A DNA stretch of 64,000 nt from the human T2T-CHM13v2.0 reference genome, Homo sapiens. The notes under the pieces are model-generated. The model made no database searches. It was not told the origin of the DNA and saw nothing but the letters and a program-made list of their open reading frames with translations. The stretch's first letter is position 1; every line of letters begins with the position of its first letter. Shown piece by piece: positions 25,676 to 41,133 of the stretch. The DNA is taken from the NCBI RefSeq assembly GCF_009914755.1, contig NC_060931.1; one strand, written 5' to 3'. The position numbers and the translations under genes were made by a program.

Positions 25676-26687
25676 GATGTTCCCCATGATCTCAGGTCTA
25701 AAATGACATAGCAAAAATAGGGTAGGTAGATACATAACATTATTATTTGCAAGAAAGCCATAGTTCATATTACCCAGTTAAACAGGGAATGGCTAACTTC
25801 TCAACCACACACTGAATATCAAGATAGGATGATAATTCTAACTGGATAATCTCAGTATTAGTCTAACATATATTTAAAAGTATCCCATAGTGTCATTGTA
25901 AAGCAAGGACTTTGATATTAGACTATGGGAGTATTCTATTTTTGCCACTTGCTGGTAATTAGGCTGGCTTAGCCTAATGCCCTGCACATATTAACACCTC
26001 AATAGCTGTTTTTAAAAATTACAGCTCTGTGGAGTTTTAGATGTGCTTAATATTGACAATTCTGTTCTTGGTCTAATAGCTTTTTTTTTCAATCATCCTT
26101 ATAGCTGATTGTCAACATATCAAAACAAAAAGATTTATTCCATATCAACTGCCCACTGCTAGACAGTAAGTCATCAATGGACTTTCACAGGTTTATATGA
26201 AACACATGGATGTATTAATTCTTCAACCCACATTGAGATGAACTGTCACGTCCCTTTTAAACTCCATCACAGGCAGCAAGTATTAACCTGCAATTATTAC
26301 CGTGTATAACGTGCTTTACAATTGGCAAGAACGTCAACAGTCCCTGGTTCATTCAGCAGCCCTGGTATCATTCACAAACTGCAGTTCTCTTTTTTTCCCT
26401 CAGGCCTGGAGGGAATTGAGAAGCAGAAAATAATCTCAGGCAGATCCAGCCGCCCTGACACTTGCAGTGCTGCTGGCAGGTGCCGGAGCTTCAGACACGT
26501 GGCCCACAGGTGCAACAAACCCACCTTGCTTGGGCTCTGCAACCATAGAGTCCCGCCCCGGCCAATGAAGCCATCCCTGGGGGTCTCTGAAAATTCTCCA
26601 GGCTATCTGCAAACTGGTCTCTCAGAATGTGTGGCCAGCTACACTTTAGAATACATGAACAAGCAATTTACTTGGTGATTCACATTA

Positions 26688-26835
26688 TACATACATGTAT
26701 ACACACAGGTATACATGGATATACAAATACACAATATATCCATACATACATGTGCATGCATATACACACATATGCATATATATACATTATACATACGCAT
26801 ACACACATACACATACACTGTGTATATCCATGCAT
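26688..26835. repeat. Degenerate (TA/CA)n alternating purine-pyrimidine tract
   Basis: 'tacatacatgtatacacacaggtatacat...acacacatacacatacac'. Confidence 0.9.
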
Positions 26836-27253
26836 AGCTACCCTTCCCAGTCACCTTGGGTGACACATTTTGCTGGGGATCTTTGTGGGAGAAGGAGGGG
26901 CATTTTCTGCTGCTCAAATAGCTTTTGGAACCAAAACATTTGCAAACCACTTGTTTAGGGGGCAAGACCTGAACTCAAGGAGCAAGACCTGAACTCAGAG
27001 GTTTGCACAACAGGTGACCAACCAAAGTTTGCGGTCCTAATTATTTCTACTCTCTTTTCCCTTTCCCTAAAGGCCCTAGGACAGTTTCCTCTGCACCCAT
27101 GGTCCTCTAGGCCCTGCTGAGTAGGGCACTACTAGAGAGAGAAGCACCTGGTTCCTGACCTCAAAAATTCCCAGTGGTGAATGAGCAGTGTGGCACTTTG
27201 TAAAGCTTTATGGAATTAGGATAAATGCTTCTGGCTATTGGAAAACCTTATTT

Positions 27254-27323
27254 CACATGTGCACACATGTGTGCATGTGCATGTGTGAGTGTGTGTGTGT
27301 GTGTGTGTATGTGTGTGTGTGTG
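27254..27323. repeat. (TG)n microsatellite with palindromic 5' part
   Basis: 'cacatgtgcacacatgtgtgcatgtgcatgtgtgagtgtgtgtg...gtgtg'. Confidence 0.92.
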
Positions 27324-30300
27324 ATCTGTGTGGGCTTGTGCCATGCTGCCATAAAACACAAATTTATCTTCATAATAGGGTCAATTACATTCTCCGATTT
27401 CCCCACAAGTGAGGCAACAAAAACAAATTTTGAGCTTCAACCTGCAGGAGAATGCCAGGATCTCTGTGTTGAAAAAGGGAGCCTTGGTTTACCCTCCCCC
27501 TGCCTTGCACAGACATATGTTGCACAGACAAACACCTGGAAGGTGCTTCTCAATTCTTTGAGGTTGCTGCCTCTCACATGCAGCTGTCAAATCACACCCC
27601 ATCAACATGACACAGCAAATAACACTACGACACGCAACCAGCAACTTTTGAAAGTATACTCTCCCCACACCCAGCCCCGTCTGCCTTCTCCAGCGTGGGC
27701 TGCTGTCTTCAAACTAACCATCCTGAAACTGCTTTAAAGAGCCTGACAGGTAATTTATTCTGTGGCAGAGGATAGCAATTTCATTGTCCAGAGGCAAGAG
27801 ATCCAACTATATCAGAAAATCCGTACTCTCAAGGAACACAGGTTTAATATGATAACGATTCTAAGGGTGTGTGTTCATAATTCTTCCTGTTCTTTCCTCC
27901 CCTTCCCTAAAGCTGCTAGTGAATGCTTTTGCAGTTTTTTTTAAGGGCCCTCCAAAGAACTGACATAAAATAAATCAAATATTTTACCACGAAAGGTGAT
28001 TATCAAACACTTATTTGTGAAAAGAGTCAACCAGAAGGGGTCAAGGCGTAGCTGCTGTTATGGGATTTTTGCCCACAAGTAAAATGTTTTTAAAAATTGC
28101 ATCTGACTCTCTTGGCAGAAAACCTGCTGGGATCTATAAGGTTTCACTTGGGCACCTGGTAGAGAAGGGGATGAAGAGCAAAAAAGGTTGGTGAACAGGA
28201 CAACATCCGCTTCTAGAAGCAAAGTCAAGGCCGCTATGCACTTATTTTTCCAAAATAATATGATAGTTATTTTCACATTTTATTTGCTAAAATCCATGCA
28301 AAGTAAGTATTATTATTTCCATTTTACATATGAAAAAACCAAGGCTTAGGATATTGAAGACTCAGCTTCCTCAAATATAATATAGGAACAGTAGACCCTG
28401 GGTCCCTCCCAATGGTAAATCACAACTTTGCATGGTGAGCTCCCATCAGAAATAGAACTAGAACTGAAGTCTCCTAACTCTTAGTCTCTGCCTGCTAGCT
28501 CCCACCCCATGTGACTGCATCAGATCTGCATTGCAACAAAAGGTAAATTCGATGGGTAGGTGATTTTTAAACTCGCCTTTGTCAACGAACTTGTCATAAG
28601 ATCTTGGACAAGATGCTTCCCTTTTTAGTATTTTGGAAGATTGACCAGTAAGGGGAGGCTGATAGCTCCTCAGATCATGGTGAGTTCTTTCTGGGTGGCA
28701 GTGTCCAGCACAGTGCCTGGAGTACAATATATCCTCCATAAATGCTCACTGCATTGAATTGAGAATAACAACAAAATTCTCTTAACCCCCACTGATGTTC
28801 CCTAGCTAGGAGCACGTTGCGCTCCGAAGCACAGGACATTGCCCACAGATGCCAAGGCTATAGGACTTAGCATTTCCATGTGCTCATTGCACTAAGCTCA
28901 GTGTTTTTAGGTAGTAATGAATGGAATTCTTTTTTAAACCCTGCATTCGGAGTCTATTTCATGCCTTTTTACATTTCACATTATATTTATATTTTTAAAA
29001 ATCATTACCTATTTTACATTACACATTTTAAAAACCTATTCAGTCAAATAATAATCCTATTCCTTGGCTGCCAGTCAGGGAAATGAAGGTCTCACAAACA
29101 GTGATTTGCCCAAGGCCAGCAAAGACTGAATATCAGAGAAGGATGATCCCAAAGGTAGACTCAGCTTAATGAGGCCAGAGGTCTGTTGGGGCTTCACTTT
29201 GGAGAAGTCCTTCAGGGTAAGGAGTGCCAACTGCTTTGTGAAGTGGCATGCCACCAATGCTCGGTCAAAATCACATGCAAGAGTGACACTCCTGACCTCA
29301 AATCACCAGTTGATCAGAGTCAGGGGCAAGACAAGGGCACAGATCTTCTGAGGCTGGAGAACCACGTGCTCACCCTATCTGGGAGGAGCCCCAAGCCCTT
29401 AATGATCTCACGTGGCCTTCAGGGACACCCAGGCACTCCAGAGACAAAAAGAGAAGACAGATCCAGATCTGAAAGAGCAGAGAATGAGTTGTCAGTCAGG
29501 GACAAAGAGTGGGAGATTAAGGGAACATGCTAAGTGTCACTAGCCTGGATTCTTGTGTCAGGGCCACAGAGGTCCCTGATGCCAAAAGCTGGGATAAGCC
29601 TGTGGGTTGCATATAAGTTGCGTATGAAGTTACTGCTTGATGCCAGCAAGCACTGAAACAAGAAAGAGAAGCCTGTAAAGATGGAAATGAGGCATCTCCC
29701 AACCCCCATCCCACTTTCAGAAGTTTTAACAGATGTCCTTTCCACTCCCTTTTTTCTTGGGAATGCCTCAAGATTCTTACTTTTCTCGAACGGGCAACTT
29801 TCCCCACCACCTACGTGTTCTTTCTAGATTCCAATCTGCTGCTTCTCCATGGGGTTCTTTCTGTTCTTTTTCTTTTTTCTTTTGCTGACCTTTGTCCTCC
29901 CAAATGTTATCACTCAGAGAAGTCCCCCTCCGCAAACTTCCCCACTTAAGTGTGCTCTGTGCCCAGGCCCTGGGCTAAGCACGAGATGTGGAAAACTGAC
30001 CAAGACAAAAAACAGTCCCAGGCCAACCTGACCTCACAGTGTCAGGCATTAAGCAAGTAACCAAGCTGCCCGCATCAGCAATACCTTCTGGCCCCTGATT
30101 TTTCTGTCTCTGCGATTTACCTTGCCCTGATCTAGCAGACTTAAAGGGATCAGTTTTTGGGGCTGGCACGGCCTGAGAGGTCAAACCCCGGGACACAGTG
30201 CCCAAGGCTGGCTGGCGTTTGATGGGATGGCACCAGTAGGGTCCTATTGGTTGCTGACAAATAGAGTCGGCTCTGCTTACCCAGCCCGTGCTGCACCAGC

Positions 30301-31482
30301 TTCCATCTGAACACCCCTCCTGCTGGTTTTATCACGAAGGAGACCAACCAACCGAAGCCTGAGATCATGGTACAGCCATGCAGATAGTCAGACCTCTCCA
30401 TGCTTTTCCCACTCCTGTGTCTTCAGGGGCCTAGCTCCCTCAGATTCTCTTGGGGAACAAGAAGCTTTGCCCAACTGAGGGATGTTCCTTTGCTGATGTT
30501 CGGAGGTTTTCCTTCCTTTTTGTGGCCATGTTCCTACAGCCAAGGCAAATCCAATCAGCAGTACCATCCTTGTTGCACCCCGTCCTCTGTGGGGGAACTT
30601 TCCCGGCTTCTGGGCTGTTCTCCATCTGGTTCCAAAATCCCAAGCCTTCAGAGAGAGCAGTCGCACTGCCTGAAGTTTAAATCAACTAGGCAATTTGCTT
30701 TCTAGAACTCAAGTCTGCCGATACTCTGTACAGTTTTTCTTTCCTCAGTGCAAACGAGAAACTGATGGTTTCATGACTGTGATCTCTCTGCCCTCTCCTC
30801 CCAGATGTTTCTAGAGTCAATTCCAGCTGCCACCGGGCCTGTTGTCCATTTCCTGGCACGTGCTCAGTCAATACAAATAAAGACGATGAGCCGACACTGC
30901 GCGTGGTCGTGACCATGTTCCCCTGGATTGCCCTGGACTTGGTCTTCCTTTAGACACTTCCCTCTTCATTAACCTCACGTCTGCATCCTTTCTTTATTAC
31001 ACATAAGTGAAAATATTGCTATTGAAGGATTCAGCAGAGAAAATTTCCAAAGACCAACATGTGGCATCTCCAGGGTTCCCCTTCATTTTCTAAATTGGTA
31101 CTTCACTCAAAACATTTCTGGCATAACTTCTTTTCAAAAAATGTGTGCTTCCATTCCAAGCAACATAATAATAGACCAATCCCATCAGTGAGCAGAGGAG
31201 GGCCATGGATTCCTTTGGCTCCCCTGCTGCCATTCAGTGCTAAAACACTGTCCAACAAAGCCACATCCACCTCAGTGAACTGGGTGGGAACCCCCTGCCT
31301 TTGTTCTTTCTCCGCAAATGCCTGGCTTACAAACTAAGCCTGATTGAAAACCTGCAGACCAACTTAAGAACATTGTCTTGCTGAATTTCAGCCTTGATTA
31401 ATACCCTTTTCTAGAATCTGAAAGTCCTTTGTCTTGAAACTCTAGTCCACACTTACTCCTGTCCTTCAAATTTGGAAATTAA

Positions 31483-31909
<427 letters not shown>

Positions 31910-32178
31910 TAAAGGGACCTAAGTTCCAGTAACCCCAGGCAGCCTGGTGCACATCTGTGTTAAGGTGTGTGTGTTGGTGTGGGAGGGTGTGTGGGGTTTG
32001 TGTGAAGCTGTGCCAACCTGTGGGTGTGCAACCATGCACCCTCTCCACTTTCCCCACACCTGAGTGGTCTGCTGGTCACCGTCAGTAGACCATGCATGCA
32101 AAATCATTTTTCTGGACGTGCAGGAGAAACTGAAAACCAGCACTGTCAGGTGTGTTAAAACCCTTAAGATTGGTTCTC

Positions 32179-32508
<330 letters not shown>

Positions 32509-33949
32509 TTAGCCAACCACATCCACCCTTCCATGTGTAGGTTAATATTCCCAATCTGCCACCTGCTCCTCCTCCTATGTGATTTCTCGAGCAGATGCAA
32601 AGAGACTTGTCTGGGGCAACTCACACCCCACACCATCTTGATTTTTGTCTCTGGGGTCTTCAAAGCCCTCTCCTTGCCACAGCCGAGTGAGCGCCCCTGC
32701 CTTGGCATCCACTCATCTGACCATCATCAGTGCCCCTGTGGGTCTTCCCCCTGAAAGCATCTCACACAACACATCTAGTTGCCTACTGCCATGGGGTACA
32801 GTAGATAAGAGACTTGTCTCCATAGTGTGAACCAGAATTTATTGCATCTGAGCAAATCATGGTCACAGCTATGTAGCTTTGACATTCACTTCTAGATAGA
32901 TAATGGCATTTTTCACGCCAAAATTCTTTGAAAGCAAATATATGATCTGGCTTCATTCCACAACCAGACCAGTTGAAACACCTCACTTCCCTGTACAGAA
33001 AAATAAAAGTGAGAAATACAAAAAAGCAGTCCTAGAAATGCCACTGACCCCACCCTGTGGATGGAAGGCAGGGTGGGATGGGACCGAAGGGTGCCAGGAA
33101 GCTCTTCTCTCTGGGGGCTCTGCTCAGCCCTCACTGTGTCCTCCCTCAGGGATTCCAGCTCCTCACACAGCCTCTCAGGCTCACGTGATAAGGTGGGAAA
33201 ATGAAGGTCAAAGTTAAAGAGCAAAAACTCCCGAGACCTTGATGAAGGAGGTTGTTTGCTGTGCCCTGAAAGTTGAGCTGATGTCTCCCTGGTAGGCTTA
33301 GGTCAGCTCTGCTCCAAGTTAACACAAGCCCAGGAGCCCCGATGGAGGAAGGGAAGGCCCAAGGCGGGGCAAGACTAAGACAGCCAGGTGTGGTCTTGAG
33401 CACAAGAGGTAGACTGACCCCCAACCTCCCTGAGCTACACGTGGATAACAGTGCAAACCCTTTACCGTTGTTGATGGTTAAACAAGAAATTGCATGTAGC
33501 GTGCTTAGACCAGAGGCTGCACTTCATCCCCATTAGTAAAGGTTAGGTAATATTAATAACAACATACGAACAACAACAAATACCCCATTATACTTCTTTT
33601 TGTCACCTCACAGCCCAACAAACTAGGCACAGGCACTGTCACCATCCCATTATGCAAGAGGAAGTCCAGCCCGTGTGCCATTAACTATCTGCCCCAAGTC
33701 TCACTGCTAAAAGAGGAATTGAAAGGGGAATTTGAAAAGGGTGGAACTCATGGATTCCACTGGAGGAGCCCAGAGAAGAAACCTGGTAAAGGTTTTCAAA
33801 TGGCCCAGCTGCCCAGACAATGCATGAAATCTGAACTCTGACTCTATCTCTCTTAGCCTTTGAACTGCCTCCTCAAAGAGAAGTGAAACTTAACTTTATA
33901 AACCAGACACTAAGATGCATCTTTTAAACAAGAACATAGAGTAGCTCTT

Positions 33950-34155
33950 CCCCTATATCAAGCATCAACTATCCAGGTAACTATGTTACCTCATTGTATC
34001 CTCACAAAAACCCCACCCTATCTGAATTCCCAAGGGTTCCATTTTACAGAGGAGGAAATAGAGAGTCAACAAGCTAAGGTAATGAGTCTGAGGCCATATA
34101 ACTAGTAAGCGGTAGATCTGGGATTCCAGCCTAGAGCTAGCTGGTCTTTGGCACC
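33950..34155 (-). mobile_element. MIR SINE
   Basis: 'ccattttacagaggaggaaatagagagtc...aaggtaatga...aggccatataactagtaagcggtagatctgggattc'. Confidence 0.8.
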
Positions 34156-35001
34156 ATTCCCCTTTGCAGCAGGCCTGCAGCAGACACACACACCTTTGAA
34201 TTCCTCGACAGGCCTGTGCCTGGACCTTCCATCCTCCCTTCCTCTCCCCACCCGCCCACATCCATAATGCGCATTTTCATTAGGCATCTTTGCCCAGTGA
34301 TCTGCTGATTTGTTATATTAGAATTGCAAACAAATGCTCTCATTTCATCCTCCTATCCCCTCTCTTGCCCTCCTGACATCTGAAATTCAGCATTGATTTT
34401 TCTGGCCCCGCTCCACTGCCTGACATTTCCGGTTGATTTCCCCTTAGAGGCTTGCAGTTGGCTCACCAGGCTCCCACTAGAGCCCAGAATGGAATAGCGC
34501 ATCACCTGGATAAGCAGAATTGGACCTCATCCCCTACTTCCTGCTCTCAGTGCTCTCACTGTGTCAGAACTCAGTGCCCTCTAGACTCTGTCCCCATTAA
34601 CCGATTGATGGATATGCATACCTCAGTCCTTCAAGATTCTCAATGGGAAGGGAAGGAGGGGAAAACTGTGGAAAATGTCCTGGGAGGTGGGACCAGGTGA
34701 ATTTTGATCTCCTAAGTACTGATGTTTTCAGCCATAGCTGGGGTAATTGGACCTCTTGTGGAGGAGAAAGGGGATTATGAGGAAGACCAAATGGACTGAG
34801 AGATAGAGGTGGGAAGGGGACTGGGATACCATGTTACAAACAGAGGATCTCTCATATCTTAATCCATCAGAAGACTCATAGAATGATCACTTATCTAAAA
34901 TGGGACTTAATAATCCCCAGAGGTCATCTAAGTCAGTCTTCTGTCCACACCACACAGCACATCTTAGGAAGGTGAGCATCTCTCCTAAGTTTAAGAACTC
35001 A

Positions 35002-35538
<537 letters not shown>

Positions 35539-35574
35539 TCAGTGGTGACCAGCTCCACAAGGAGAAGACAACTC

Positions 35575-35752
35575 ACAGAGGTACACTAGAGTGGCCATTG
35601 CCAGCTCACAATAGCTGGTTGTTACATTTTTAGGAAGTTTGTGATCCAGTTGTTAAACTATTGGTAGTTTGCAAACACCAGGGTAGAAGTATTTACACCA
35701 TAGAAATTGGCATCTGCTATAAATTAGGGCTTCTTTTTTCTGCAGAGCCAAG
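35575..35752. mobile_element. MER63A-like (hAT-Blackjack)
   Basis: 'gttacatttttaggaagtttgtgatccagttgttaaac..ttggtagttt...gtatttacaccatagaaattggc...aaattagggct'. Confidence 0.7.
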
Positions 35753-38700
35753 AGTTTCATGAAGAGGGTGCCCAGTCATGTGGTCAACATAGAAAGAGGG
35801 AGAGGCATAGAAAGGGTGGGGTGAGGAGGACGAGGTGGAGGCAAGTCAGGGAAACCACATTCTTTAGTATCCTCGGAAAAGCAAACTCTAAACAATCACC
35901 TTTCCTTCCTTCCTAACTAGGAAACATCTTATTCCCTCTGCAGCTATATGTTATTTCTTCTCTAAGGAAAGCAGTTATTGTTTCTTGTTCTCAGACCTAA
36001 AGTGGAGAAAACTAGAGACAGAACTTTGGATCCTATCATTTCTCAGAAGCCATGAGTCAGAGAAGGAAGAACCAACAAAGGGCTCTGAACTATAGACTGA
36101 ATTCTATATGCACATTTATACATAGCCCAGTTCTAGTTGTCTCTAGAGATTTCTTATGTAGAAATATCTATACAAGACAACAGCTAACTGTAGAGCTCAT
36201 CAAAATCAGGGATTGTACCTTTCATTTCTTATATAACCATGGTTGTACCTGGTAAGATATTAATGTTACAACAGGTAATGAATAAAATTTTGTTTTATTA
36301 ATTGAATCACTTTGAATTGAATTGGATTGGTGGCAAACCACTGGTTTATGATCAGATGTCAAGACTTTTCAAATCCCTTTTCTAAGAGGTAAAAATTAGC
36401 TGGTTGGCTGGCTGGCTAGACCAATAGACACTGATTAGGCATACACACGACCTTATAAGTTATCTTGAGCTCACACCCCTGGCTCTACTCATTCCTGTAT
36501 TGTCCAGTTGGATGGCTTTGCTTCTTTCTCCACAGTTCTCCTGGCCTCTTACTCAGATCCATGTGCTTTGGGCTTTTGGTTCTTAGTAAGCTGGTAACTT
36601 GGCCCCTGACTACATTCAACTGTGCACCTTGAACAACCCAAATTAAAACAATCCAAAGCCTAGTCAGGTCAAGACAATGAAGCTGGTGCCACCATGTCCA
36701 CATTCAGAAGTGGACTCAGAAGGCAGGAGGAACCATGTTCTCCAAACCCCCAACTCAATCAGTGTTTCCCACTGCAGATGATCCATTTCAGGGAAACCAT
36801 GCCCAAAGAGATGAACGGACAGATCCTGGTCACATGGCACCAGCTCTACTCCCATAAAGGGGTGAGGAGGCAGAGGTACCTTATTTAGAAACCTGTCCTT
36901 TTCTGGATCCTCTGTCACACATGACTGCCACTGTCACACATGACTGCCACCATTGGTCATGCTTCTCTCTTTCCTGACAGCTTCCTCCAGAACCAGAGGC
37001 AAAGCACCTTCAGTGCCCTGTACAAAAGCCCAGGTTTGCTGGGCTGGGGCACTGCCTCAACAGAGAGGCCCATCCTCCCCAACCTAGTGGCAGAAGTCCA
37101 GACTACTTCCACCCTAATCTGGCAATGGGTGTTCGCCTTGGGGGAACCAAGACCTCTCTGAGAATCTTCTCAAATATTTTGGAAAATGCTCATGCATCCA
37201 TTGCTTTACAGACAAACTTACAGAGCTCAGCGGCTGTGACAGTCCCCCTGGGGGCCCTGGGCTAATGGCCTCTGATGAAATGCCTCTCCCAGTCACACTG
37301 TCCATTTCCTTCCTGGACACCAGCTCCTGTTTTTCATTTCTCGAGTCCCCTCTGTCCTCCAGGAAGGAAGATGACTGCTCTAAGGGACACCTCCACATAC
37401 AGGTGAGCACACTGATATCCACAGAGGCCATGCAACTTGCTCAGGCTCGCACAGAAGTTACTAGGAGAGATGGGATCGGGATGTAGGTCCAGGAGGCTGT
37501 GGCTCTTTCTAGAATTTAATGCAGCCACATAGTGCTGTGTTTGTGGATCTCAGAAGCAACCACATCAAAACCCTGGCCTCTACTCTTCCTCAGCTATGAA
37601 GGAGGTATGAAACCTCATACATGAAGTTTCAAAATGGGAGGGAGTGCTCCTCCAAGGAAGCAGGTAGGTCTTTGCTCAGAGGTAGGCGGGACACGTGATT
37701 AGCTCTGTGTGTACTGGGGTGATGTCTTGAGAACCAATACCGTAAATGCCTCTGACACACCGTTTCCACTGTTAATGAGAAAGCTCTAAGAGCCATTAAT
37801 CTCATTACTGTTCTATCAGCAGCCAGTGATCATGTTCATTTCACTCCTCCTCTCCAACTCCTTGGTCACTCAGCTACTGAGAAGGGTGGACTGGGAAGGC
37901 TGGAAAGGCCAGGACCCTGCCCTCAACTGAAGTCAATGGTGGCATCACTCCAGAATTCTTGGAGCAGAGGAACCTGCTCAGCCTGCTATAGGAACAATGG
38001 CCAAGGAGGCAGCTGTGTCCCCAGGACTCCTAGCCCCCTTAGTGGGCCTCTTCAGCCCTCTTTCTCTCTGAGATTCTGGAGTATTTCTGTATGTCCATGA
38101 GGGAGCACTCTGTCCCACTATGGCCTGGAGCTCCCTGAGCAAGTCGGAGGCCCAGGAGGCCCACATGGATGAGTCAGTCCCTAGTCCTCTTGTTTTATGG
38201 CTCAAGGTCCTCTGCAGGGGTGGAATCTTTGACCCAAGGCTAAGGAGCCCAGAAAGATGATTCAAGCCAGAGAATAATTCCAGGTCACCCTCTCTTCTGT
38301 AGCCACACCTTCAAGGTGTAGATTATACAAACCCAGAAGTCCTAGTTACTCACTAACCCCCAGCCACTTTTGTGAAAATGGCACTTGACTGCTATGCCTT
38401 ATGGAAGACCGTGTCTAAGGAAGGAGCGTGAGGCCAGGTGTGGTAAGTCTAGACCACGAGGGACTCAGGGCCCACCCTTCACAGCTGAGGCCTCATCCAC
38501 GCTGGTCCAGAAGTCTTCCCATCATAAGCATCTCATCTTAAGGAGCGGCTGGGTTATATTCCAGTCCTTCTGGCTGATGTCTGCACCCTGGGCCTCCTCT
38601 TTGCTGCATCCTTGCCCTGAGGCTTCTTGAGGTTATCACAGGAAAAGGGTTAGAGGCAGCAGCGGCTGCTGACGTCACATCAGTATCCCCTTCACCACCA

Positions 38701-40654
38701 AGAGCCAATGTGCTGAGCAGCTTAGAGGGTATTTGAGGAAGCACGTCCACAAGGGCAGATGGGCCTGGTACTCGGGAAGTTGGGAAAATACAATTAGACA
38801 GAAGCCTGGTCCCAAATCAAAATTTCAGTAAGGGCTTGCCTGCACTGATGTCCAGCAAGGAAAGGCTATTTCCTTTGTGGGGTCTCCTGTACTCTGTTGT
38901 CAGCCCTGCCTGATGGGCCCAGTGGGTAAAGGGCAGTGAGCTGAGCTGTCATTGAAATATCCCTGCATGTAGAGAGTCTTTCTAGAAGGAAGCAAGAGCT
39001 TGGTCCACGGACTCCCATGAGACTCCAAAAAGAGAAGGCAGTGCCGGCCCCTGGAAGAGACCAAGCTCACACTCCTAAGCTACCCCAGTGGCCCAGGAGT
39101 GATTGGCACAGGGATGGGATGGGGCTGTGTGGGAAGGGCAAGTTCATTGGTAGGCAGGGCCCTCCTGGCCCTGACAGCCAACGATTCCCATCTTTCTTCA
39201 ATCAATAAAACTTCTGCTCCCTTCAGTCTGTCTGGAAGTTCTTCCCAAAAGGAGGCTCAAAGTATCAGACACCAAAATATTACATCACACTCCCTGCCCA
39301 CTTCCTTCCCCAAGAGTCCTCTCTTATTCCAAAAAGGGATGCTGGAAGGACACACAAGAGTTTCTTGCCCTTTTCTTTTGGTTTTATTTTTGTCTCAAGT
39401 CTGGCTTAGCCATGGGAGTCAGAGTAGAGAAAGAAGATGTTTTCCTCCCCTGCTTTGGCCAGGAGGATAATTCCAAAGGAAATCAAAAACCTTTATCTGT
39501 CATCATCTCCCCCAGCAAGGCATCCCAGCACCATGCATTTAATAGAAAGAGAAATCGTTCCAGCATGGAGAGATGGAAGAGACAGGAATAAAAGGCCAGG
39601 CTTCTGCCTCCCACATTAGCGTCCCACCCATCAGGAAGCATGCCAAGTCACTTCAGACCCAGGGAGCCTGTGGCATGCCCATCTCTACCAAGTACATGTT
39701 AGCAGGGCTCAGAAGGCCAGGAAAAGAAGAAGTAATGTGTCCAACACAAGGAAAGCGATGGTGGCCATGACGTCTTGGGAAATCCAAAAAAACATGGCAC
39801 ACAGTGTTTCTAGTCTCGCATCTCTCCCTGCAAGGCTCATTAGTGAGCCCTCACACACTGCAAGATATGGTCTGAAAGGTGTAAGGGTCCAGCTCCCAGC
39901 TCCCTGGGGGCCTGATACTCTACCCTCTCGCTTCTGTGGGGAGAGATGCAAAGAAAGGCAATATGGCCATCTCTTCATGGGCAACTCTCTTCCAACCCAA
40001 GCTCTCTGATCTTCAAAGGGGAGAGATGGGGTTGGACATGAGCATCAGTGCAAGGGCTCAGAGAAATGTATCAGCTGCAAGACAGCTCCCAAGATGGTCA
40101 GAAATGCAGGTCCTAATTACATCCCTCCATTGGCTATGACCTTGGGTCACCACACACCAATTATTTACTCTGGCAAAGTGATTAGGGAATTGGAACCAGG
40201 GAATGGATATGTGTTGGGGTAGAGGCGGGAACCTGGGGGTTCAGAAGATGAGGATGGCAGTGGCAAAGATGCTCCTTCTGCATCTGCCTCCTCCTAATTG
40301 GGGTCACTGCAGGCAACAGTTAGGGAGCCACGCACCACATTCTAGTTTTTGGTCATGGGGAATTATGTAGAGGCCCCAAAATGACAAGAGAAGTGGAGGA
40401 AAAGGAGGAGAGAAGGATAAGGGCCAAAAAAACAGTTGCCCATGAACAAATGCAAATCCTATGTCAATTAGGGAGAGGATGGAAGCAGGTCAACAAACCT
40501 GCCCTTCTCCCAAGAAGAGAGAGAAGTCAGATCAGGCAGGTGGGAGAGCAGCAAAGATGGGCAAGGCTGGAGAGAAAGGTGACACAGACCCCACACAGGG
40601 ACTCAGACTGCAGGGCCATGGTTCTCCAATTATGACCCTAGGACTAGCTACAGC

Positions 40655-41133
<479 letters not shown>

